Assembly: GCA_963697165.1 (NCBI GenBank) | Contig: CAVOMX010000006.1 | Span: 1-64,000 of the forward strand | Length of the DNA: 64,000 nt | Reading direction: 5' to 3' | Source of the DNA: Candidatus Bathyarchaeota archaeon | Lineage (GTDB): Archaea; Thermoproteota; Bathyarchaeia; Bathyarchaeales; Bathyarchaeaceae | Shown here: piece by piece, positions 56,462 through 63,293 of the stretch | Layout of the letters: every line of letters begins with the position of its first letter | How positions within the stretch are numbered: the stretch's first letter is position 1 | The notes under the pieces: generated by a model | Seen by the model: the letters and a program-made list of their open reading frames with translations, nothing else | Told to the model about the DNA's origin: nothing | Database searches by the model: none | Made by a program: the position numbers and the translations under genes

Positions 56462-57361
56462 TTACTCCAGATTCAACACTTCTTTTAGATTTGCTTTAAA
56501 CGGACCAAGCTTGCCTCCGTAGTTACCAGCAGTAATCTTTATGACTCCAGGAACTTTGATTGCAGCCTGTATTCCTTCACCCATAGCAGCTTTCACAACT
56601 TTCTGGTTCAAACCATTTATTACAATCTCGTAGACGCTATTAACACCGTCTGGAACCATAGAGTCAGACACCAATTTCTTGATGGTTGGACAATATTGAT
56701 GGCTTGTAGATGCAGGAAGCTTATAGTTAAGAGATCCAATTTTCGATCCTGCCCTGCATAGACCGCCGGGGAAGGGCATAATTACTCCCCGAACATTCTT
56801 ACTGATGGCTTCTTTAGCGTCTTCCGATGCCTTTAGAGCAACCTCCCAGTCTTTTGCTAATATAAGCATGTTTCCACTGGCAACTGCTTTCATGATTCCG
56901 AAGGTATCTTCAACTATGAATTCGCCTTCCATAACTGGTATTCGCCAAACTTTCCTTCCAGCAACCTCGTCACTTTTCTGGAAGCCGTCTCCGAATAGGC
57001 GTAGGCTTCTGCCAATTTTGACTCTTCTTTTTGCTTTGGGTAACGCGTCGAAGGCTGCTGTTGTTGGGCAGGTCATGATGCATTGTCCGATTCTTAAACT
57101 CATTTGGTGCTTGAGATCGCCTCTTGAGCTGTGGTAGATTTGAATGATGGCTCCTGGACGTCCGTCTGGAGTTTCTTTTGGAGATACAAGTCCTTCTACT
57201 GATGCCTCTGCTGGTGACATGATGATGGATGAAGCGAAGCCTGATGCGGTTCTTGCTGCGATTAATGCCCATTTTTCATTGGCAGCAGTTATCAGTATTC
57301 GACCTGCCCACATTGGAAACATTTCGGCGAATGTATCCTCTATGGTGCAGAATGTTTCCAT
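56462..57361 (-). CDS. ftr: Formylmethanofuran--tetrahydromethanopterin N-formyltransferase
   Basis: IEDTFAEMF, ETPDGRPG, RIGQCIMTCPTT, FGDG, PVMEGEF, PFPGG, GSKIGS, AGNYGGKLG. Confidence 0.95.
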   Translation of the reverse strand: METFCTIEDTFAEMFPMWAGRILITAANEKWALIAARTASGFASSIIMSPAEASVEGLVSPKETPDGRPGAIIQIYHSSRGDLKHQMSLRIGQCIMTCPTTAAFDALPKAKRRVKIGRSLRLFGDGFQKSDEVAGRKVWRIPVMEGEFIVEDTFGIMKAVASGNMLILAKDWEVALKASEDAKEAISKNVRGVIMPFPGGLCRAGSKIGSLNYKLPASTSHQYCPTIKKLVSDSMVPDGVNSVYEIVINGLNQKVVKAAMGEGIQAAIKVPGVIKITAGNYGGKLGPFKANLKEVLNLE

Positions 57362-57414
57362 TCTCGGTTTTAACTATGAAGTCTCCGTTATCTTCTCTTT
57401 TGATAACTTCGAGT

Positions 57415-58578
57415 TTACTTTCTTTTTCTGAAGATTTTGATTCCGTCTCTTTCTGTGACATACTCGAAACCTGCCATTAACAACTCTTCGTCTTGTTTTA
57501 AACTTTTAGATGTTGCGGTGTGATACTCGTCACTCTCAAAGTTCACAAAATGGGTGTAAATAAGTGTAGATGTTATGTTCCTGTGTCCAAGTCTCTCTTT
57601 AACATGAAGAATGTTTTTTGTTTTGAAGTATTCCAATGAACCATAGAGATGTCGAAGAGTGTGAAAGGTGATTTTGTCTATTCGGGGATTCTGTAGTTTA
57701 TTGGCTACATGTTTTCGTTGTTGCCTGAAGTTTTTTCTGAAATGTTTTAGTTGAGTATTTCCGAATATTTTCTCTCCTGTTTTCGGTAGCATATTAAGCA
57801 TTGAAATTAGTTTGCCTGATATCTTGAATTGACGTGGTAAACCATTTTTTTCAGGTTTGTTGATTGTTAGGATTCCTTTCTCCTGGTCAAAATCTATCCA
57901 TGTTAATTGCCATGCTTCTCCATACCTGCAACCTGTCTCGTTCAATAATTGAATGAATGTCGCAACTTTCCGACTACAACCGCCAATTAATGCCTCGATT
58001 TCTTTTGTTTGTGGTAGCCACGGTAATTTTTCTTGTTTTTTCCCCATGTTTCAAAGTTGATTTGTTCAGAAATCTGTATGTTACATATTTGGCAAAATGA
58101 TTTGTAAGCAATTGCAGAGTTTTTTTTAGCTCCATCAGTCCAGTTCTTTTCTGTTACTGTTCTGGTTTTATGGCTGAATTTTTTGGCCTTGTTAATAATG
58201 TGAAAGACACTTTCAGGGTTTGTTAAGGTTGCTCCACGTTTTTGCAGTAACTTCAACACGTTTACTCGGTTTATGATTGTTTTAGGTTTCAGTCCTTTAA
58301 GAATCAGTTTTGCTTCATAGTTTACTAAATGTCCTTTTGTGGTCGATTCTCCCGCAGTCTGTTTTTCGTTTTGTTTTGACTGCGTCCAAGTTTTTCACTC
58401 TCTCTGTTTCGAGAGCGCATATTTGGCGACCACGTGTTATCTGGTAGTCTTTATAATATTTTTCATTGAAACGATAACCACAGCTTCGACAAAGATATCT
58501 TTGAAACACCTTGCCCTGAACGTAACGTAGACCATCTTTCCAAATCATAGAGTTGGTACATTCAGGACAAACCAGCAT
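57415..58578 (-). CDS. Tyrosine recombinase/integrase with N-terminal Zn ribbon (two frameshifts)
   Basis: CPEC..KDG.R..QRYLCRSCGYRF; catalytic GCRYGE, K, HTLRH, LGH, TLIY; frame breaks near 58330 and 58045. Confidence 0.88.
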
Positions 58579-59060
58579 TATTGCTGGGTCTCCTTGCCTT
58601 TTTTTCGTTCAGATTTATATTTCTCTACGCATGGTTGGCACGCTAGCTTGCCATCTATTATTGAAAGATTCTTCAATAAAATTGGTTTATTACAGATAAA
58701 ACAAACTTGGATATGCCCTGTTTCGTTTCCCGTTTGTTCAGGGAGAAGTTTATTTGGCTTATTTTTCGATTCTGATGACGTTTCTTTGCTCTGTTTGAGG
58801 ATTCTCACGTTCTCATAAGGGTATAGAAATGCTTTCTTTTTTACAACTACTCTCGGTTTTCCTTCATGGATAATAATGTCAATTTCGTTACCGGTAATTG
58901 GGTCAATAAAAGAGCCCTCTATAGGGTAGCGAGAAAGTGAGAAGTTAGTAATAACGCCTAATACTTGCTCTATTTGCTTTTCCGCATCTTCTACATTTCC
59001 CCCTTCAGAAACAAGAAGTGTTTTAGGCGTATTTTCCGTTGTATAAAAAACATAAGACAA
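58578..59060 (-). CDS. Hypothetical element protein with C-terminal CxxC..CxxC finger
   Basis: CFICNKP..CQPC; stop overlaps the integrase start; upstream frame interrupted by a TAA. Confidence 0.55.
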   Translation of the reverse strand: MSYVFYTTENTPKTLLVSEGGNVEDAEKQIEQVLGVITNFSLSRYPIEGSFIDPITGNEIDIIIHEGKPRVVVKKKAFLYPYENVRILKQSKETSSESKNKPNKLLPEQTGNETGHIQVCFICNKPILLKNLSIIDGKLACQPCVEKYKSERKKGKETQQ

Positions 59061-59481
59061 AAATTAACAATAATGTTTTCGATTTAATTGAGAACAAGGA
59101 TGTTGTGTTACACCATCGGGGAAAAGATTTGAACAAAGCAAAACGAAGTATGACTTCTTATTCTTAGAAGCTACACAACTATATTCTGTCTTTTTTCTGA
59201 ATTCGGGTATTGTATTCTTTATGTTTTCTGTCATTGTCTCGTTTTTGTATTTGTGTATTCTTCTGTTTTCTAACTGCCTGTATACAAGAATTACCTAGGT
59301 AAAACTCTCTGTCTTTTGTATGTGTTCTGTTATGTCAAATTGTCTTGTCTGTTTTCGTGAGTGTCTACTTTTTGTCTGTTTCTATTCTGTAGGTTTGTCC
59401 ATTTTCTTGTTTTTCTAAAATAAATGTAATATAGTGTCGGATGTGTTAGATAAATAGCCTCAGGATCGGAGACCATGTAAC

Positions 59482-60477
59482 TTGAGTAATCTTAGATGTT
59501 TTATTAGTTATTCTTGGGATCACCAAAAACACAAAGATTGGGTTAGATTATTAGCAGAAGAATTAAGAAAAAACGGCGTAGATGCAAAATTAGATCAATG
59601 GGATTGCCAGCTCGGAATGGATTTGGCAAATTACATGGAAACTGGCATACGGGAATCCGATTTTGTTCTTTTGATATGTATCCCCATTTTTTGTGAGAAA
59701 GCTAATTCTGGAACGGGTGGGGTTGGATATGAGAAATGTATTGTTACAGGTGAAATATTTCAGGGAACTGACCCTAGGAAGTTTATCCCAATTCTCCGTG
59801 AAGGTACTCCAAAAGAATCCATGCCATCATACCTTAAATCAAAAGTTTACATAGATTTTCGAAACGATGGAGAATTTGATTCAAATTTGGAAGATTTATT
59901 GAGACCGATTTATAAAAGTCCCAAATATGTTAGACCTCCACTTGGATTTAAACCACCTTTTAGTAATGATTCCCAACAATCTGGAATCAGTGGGAAAAAA
60001 GTTAAGATTTGGGATTTTAGAACATACCGACTAGTTTATGATTATGCTATTAGTTATTTTGGAATGAAGTTACTTCCAGAACAAGCAAGAGAGTTTGCCG
60101 ACGAATGGATGTTCAAACACTCGGATAGAAATTTTGAGGACTACAAACAGGTCTACGAGTATGCTGTCAGTTTTATTGGAATGAAATTACTTCCTTCAGC
60201 TGCGAGATTGTTTGCTGATAAATGGATGACTGAATACGCGGATAGAAATTTTGATGGCTACAAACAGGTCTACGAGTATGCTGTTGGCTATTTTGGAATG
60301 AAGTTACTTCCAGAACAAGCAAGAGAGTTTGCTGACGAATGGATGTTCAAATATTCCAAGACAGATTTTGGTAATTTAAAACAGATCTACGAGTATGCTG
60401 TCAGTTCTATTGGAATGAAATTACTACCTTCAGATGCAAAAGAATTTGCTTTGGAAAAAATTAAAGAACAGATTTAA
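59482..60477 (+). CDS. TIR/SEFIR domain protein with four 39-aa C-terminal repeats
   Basis: CFISYSWD..HKDWV..LA..L..NGVD..LDQW, GVGYE, FIPILR, YIDF; YxxVYEYAV..GMKLLP repeats. Confidence 0.87.
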   Translation: MSNLRCFISYSWDHQKHKDWVRLLAEELRKNGVDAKLDQWDCQLGMDLANYMETGIRESDFVLLICIPIFCEKANSGTGGVGYEKCIVTGEIFQGTDPRKFIPILREGTPKESMPSYLKSKVYIDFRNDGEFDSNLEDLLRPIYKSPKYVRPPLGFKPPFSNDSQQSGISGKKVKIWDFRTYRLVYDYAISYFGMKLLPEQAREFADEWMFKHSDRNFEDYKQVYEYAVSFIGMKLLPSAARLFADKWMTEYADRNFDGYKQVYEYAVGYFGMKLLPEQAREFADEWMFKYSKTDFGNLKQIYEYAVSSIGMKLLPSDAKEFALEKIKEQI

Positions 60478-60596
60478 GCAGTCCAAGATACTTTTTTTCT
60501 TCCTCATTTTGTTCCACCCAAAATTACCTAGGTAAAAAGCTAGTCAACAACAAAATTACCTATGTAAAGTTCCAAACGATTAGGGAATACTATAAA

Positions 60597-60613
60597 AAGT
60601 TAAAATTTAACCC
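60597..60613. repeat. Palindrome family 1
   Basis: AAGTTAAAATTTAACCC. Confidence 0.75.
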
Positions 60614-60762
60614 GTAATTAAAAAAATTAAATGGTTTAGTTATTAAATTACGATTAATTGTATATCCGTACATTCATTCTTGATTAGAGAAATGAAAAAA
60701 ACTGTATACAGGGACTATACTATGTAAAGAAACTTGAAAGGCTAACATGGAGGTTTAAAGAA

Positions 60763-60975
60763 TTGGGTTTATGGCAAAAAATAATTCAACGAATTAGACG
60801 TAGATTATTGCTCCCAGGAGAAAATTGGGGAAATAAAAAACATGGAGAATGCTTCAACTTTGATAATGGAACATGTCTAATCATACCAAGGGCATTTAAA
60901 AGAAGAAATTTGGACCCAAAATGGCCAGCATGCCCCCATTTCAAAGCAAAAAATAATCAAAGGAACAATATCTGA
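60763..60975 (+). CDS. Small basic Cys/His protein
   Basis: GGAGG RBS; HGEC.....GTC...ACPHF. Confidence 0.55.
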   Translation: MGLWQKIIQRIRRRLLLPGENWGNKKHGECFNFDNGTCLIIPRAFKRRNLDPKWPACPHFKAKNNQRNNI

Positions 60976-61016
60976 AATGTTGTAGAATAAAATTTCAACT
61001 TAGGACTTATCGGTTT

Positions 61017-61068
61017 GGGTTAAAATTTTAACCTTTAGAAAAAAAGTGGACTTGTGGGAGATATCACC
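61017..61068 (-). repeat. Composite repeat: family 1 palindrome + family 2
   Basis: GGGTTAAAATTTTAACC-TTTAG-AAAAAAAGTGGACTTGTG-GGAGATATCACC. Confidence 0.75.
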
Positions 61069-61278
61069 ACTGGGGTGAGAATCCATGCTAGACCATGACC
61101 CAATATGTTCTGTCTTTCTTATTTGAATAGCTTTCAAAATTTAAAAAAAGGAGGAGTTGCGGGATTTAGTGGCGATGTCTCCAACCATTAAGGGAATGGC
61201 TGTTACCTAAACGGTGGACACATGACCACTTGGTTTTTTGCAAAACCCCCCCTTTTTTTGGAATAGGCAATTTACTAA

Positions 61279-61662
61279 CATAAGAATGCTAAATGTATAT
61301 TTAACTAACTAAACTGACTGACAACCAGCTTAGTCAAAGTAGATAAATATTCTTTTTATTACATGTTTATAGTTGAAAGGTGGGGAAGAAAGAATGACGT
61401 TTCTTATTTGGTTTTTTAACAAAAATCATAAACATCATCATTCTGCAATGATCATCTATTGTTTTTTGTTTGGATTAAGTATGATATTTATTGGTATTGT
61501 TGGAATTAGTATTTCTGAAATTCTTGCACTTACTTGTTTTATTCTAAGCGGTGTGTCTTTTGTTTCTGGATTTTATTATATCATAGATAAGAAAAGGAAA
61601 AAAACAGTTAAGAAAATGTCCAGTAATAGCTCATAAGAATGGTAAATGTATATTTAACTAAC
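61279..61662 (+). repeat. 31-bp direct repeat flanking a small membrane gene
   Basis: CATAAGAATGSTAAATGTATATTTAACTAAC at 61279-61309 and 61632-61662 (30/31). Confidence 0.85.
61394..61636 (+). CDS. Small two-TM membrane protein with His cluster
   Basis: NHKHHHS followed by two hydrophobic helices and a basic tail. Confidence 0.55.
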   Translation: MTFLIWFFNKNHKHHHSAMIIYCFLFGLSMIFIGIVGISISEILALTCFILSGVSFVSGFYYIIDKKRKKTVKKMSSNSS

Positions 61663-61696
61663 CAGTCTCTTCATGGAATGGCTGTTCTCTTAAGGA

Positions 61697-61756
61697 GGGT
61701 GATATCACCCCGTCCATTTCGCAAAACTCCCCTTTTTTCAAGGGTTAATATTTATC
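61697..61756 (+). repeat. Composite repeat: family 2 + degenerate family 1
   Basis: GGGTGATATCACCC..CGCAAAACTCCCCTTTTTT-CAA-GGGTTAATATTTATC. Confidence 0.75.
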
Positions 61757-61798
61757 TTTCTAGATATACATTCCATAATTGCCAAGGATTGAAGATCT

Positions 61799-62284
61799 AT
61801 GTTTAATAAGATACTTGTTCCTTTAGATTGTTCCAAATATGCAGAAACTTCTTTGAAAGTAGCGATTGAGATAGCTAAGAAATTTAAGAAAGTAGCGATT
61901 GAGATAGCTAAGAAATTTAATAGTAGTCTTTCTTTAGTGCATGTTGTTTCATCTCGTAAAGAGTATTGTAGATCTGGGATTACTGGAAAACTTAGAGTCA
62001 AATGTAACTTAGACGAAGTTACTGACAAAGACATCCCAAAGATTTGTAATGCACTTTTAGATACAAGTAAAAATACAGTTATTGCTGAAGGAGTTTCAGT
62101 AAATACAATACTGAAAGAAGGTAAAGTTGTAGAAGAGATACTGAATACGATTAAGGAAGGAAAATTCGATTTAGTTGTAATGGGTTCTAGAGGTCAGGGT
62201 TTGATAAAAAAAATATTCTTAGGGAGTGTTAGTGAAGGAGTTAGTAAAGAAGCTATATGTCCGGTTTTATTGACAAGAAATTAA
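61799..62284 (+). CDS. Universal stress protein (UspA family)
   Basis: MFNKILVPLD.S, LVHV, DLVVMGSRG..LGSVS..CPVL; 33-bp tandem duplication. Confidence 0.9.
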   Translation: MFNKILVPLDCSKYAETSLKVAIEIAKKFKKVAIEIAKKFNSSLSLVHVVSSRKEYCRSGITGKLRVKCNLDEVTDKDIPKICNALLDTSKNTVIAEGVSVNTILKEGKVVEEILNTIKEGKFDLVVMGSRGQGLIKKIFLGSVSEGVSKEAICPVLLTRN

Positions 62285-62312
62285 GGTTTACAAGAATATT
62301 CACAGCAAAGAT

Positions 62313-62373
62313 TGTGACGTCGCCCCGGGCTTTCCTGCAAAACTTCTTTTTTCAAAGATTAAAATGTAATCCC
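62313..62373 (+). repeat. Composite repeat: family 2 + degenerate family 1
   Basis: TGTGACGTCGCC..TGCAAAACTTCTTTTTT-CAA-AGATTAAAATGTAATCCC. Confidence 0.65.
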
Positions 62374-62410
62374 AAAAATATTTAAGAATTTAAAATTAAA
62401 GATAGCAAAT

Positions 62411-62635
62411 ATGAAAACAGTATATTTGAAGGTCTTAGGTTATGTTGGCGAAATTCTGGGTAATTTTATAATAATAGCAGGATTTTTTCTAATGTTCAAT
62501 GATCCAAGCCAAGAATATAGATCGCTTGAAATTGTTTTGTTTTCGGTTGGTGCAATTCTATTGGGAATAGGACTAATTAGTTATATATTATTCCGCAACA
62601 AAACTACGGGAATTATGTTCCAGAAGGCATGTTGA
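62411..62635 (+). CDS. Small two-TM membrane protein
   Basis: Two hydrophobic helices. Confidence 0.55.
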   Translation: MKTVYLKVLGYVGEILGNFIIIAGFFLMFNDPSQEYRSLEIVLFSVGAILLGIGLISYILFRNKTTGIMFQKAC

Positions 62636-62759
62636 AACCTACATATTTTATGCTAGTATGCCCTACCTAAACCGATTAAAATTCAAATACGAAAATTAGG
62701 TGAAAAGCAAGACTTCTCTTTTTTAAACCATTTGCCTAAAATTATCTCATTTCAAGCAA

Positions 62760-62993
62760 GGAAAAATTATTGCTGGATTTGAAGGAATGTTTGGCGGAGA
62801 AGTTACTGCCTATAGTTCTGAGGTAGAAAAAGCTAGAAACGAGTCAATGGAAAGATTGATCGAGAACGCCAAAAGTGTAGGTGCAAATGCAGTTGTTCGC
62901 ACAGATTTTGAAACAAGCGATATACTAAACGGAACAGTCACAATATTTTCTGCCTACGGGACAGCGGTGATTATTAATCCTCTTAAAAAGTAG
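62760..62993 (+). pseudogene. 5'-truncated YbjQ/UPF0145 family gene
   Basis: GKIIAGFEGMFGGEVTAY..AR..GANAVV..SAYGTAV; the N-terminal strands of YbjQ are missing. Confidence 0.7.
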
Positions 62994-63023
62994 GCTTAAT
63001 CAGAGATAATAAAATTCAGCAAA

Positions 63024-63170
63024 TTAAAAAAAGGGAATTTTTGCGGGAGATGTCTCCACTATGGGGAACATTTCAGCGAATGTATCCTCTATTCTTACTG
63101 GGTCTTGTTTTCCGGGTACTTTTACAATGAAATCGTTATCTTCTTTTTTAATAACTTCAAGAGATGCCAT
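63024..63170 (-). pseudogene. Displaced 5' fragment of ftr
   Basis: MASLEVIKKEDNDFIVKVPGKQDPVRIEDTFAEMFP, then runs into the element end; RBS-like and TATA-like elements upstream. Confidence 0.8.
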
Positions 63171-63293
63171 TATCTTTTACTCCATTAACTCTATCTTCTT
63201 CCACTCTGGGAATTATCTGAGCGTGATTTGAGAAGTTCTCATCTTTATTTATACTTTTAGTTGTTGCGGTGTTGGTTTAATTGTACTGTTATG

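Larger units (their letters stand above)
57318..63092. mobile_element. Integrative element (~5.8 kb) inserted in the 5' end of ftr
   Basis: 26-bp direct repeat (25/26) AACATTTCRGCGAATGTATCCTCTAT at 57318-57343 and 63067-63092; tyrosine integrase at one end; accessory cargo. Confidence 0.8.

Noticed and set aside
6293..58578. Many split genes (beta-propellers, nuoF, feoB, dtxR, afpA, NTases, PKD, integrase) as pseudogenes or programmed frameshifts
   Set aside because: The breaks are 1-2 nt indels spread across unrelated genes, and the PKD duplicate shows one is a single extra T. Sequencing error is more parsimonious, though it cannot be proven without reads.
60020..60460. TIR C-terminal repeats as a DGR template/variable pair
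   Set aside because: Differences are not adenine-specific, all copies are in-frame coding, and no reverse transcriptase is in the window.
20825..61034. Family 1 palindromes as CRISPR repeats or classical integron attC sites
   Set aside because: Spacing is gene-sized and irregular, and no cas genes are present. GTTRRRY/RYYYAAC words occur but overlap in the wrong order without the long attC hairpin, and no IntI-specific insertion is evident in the integrase.
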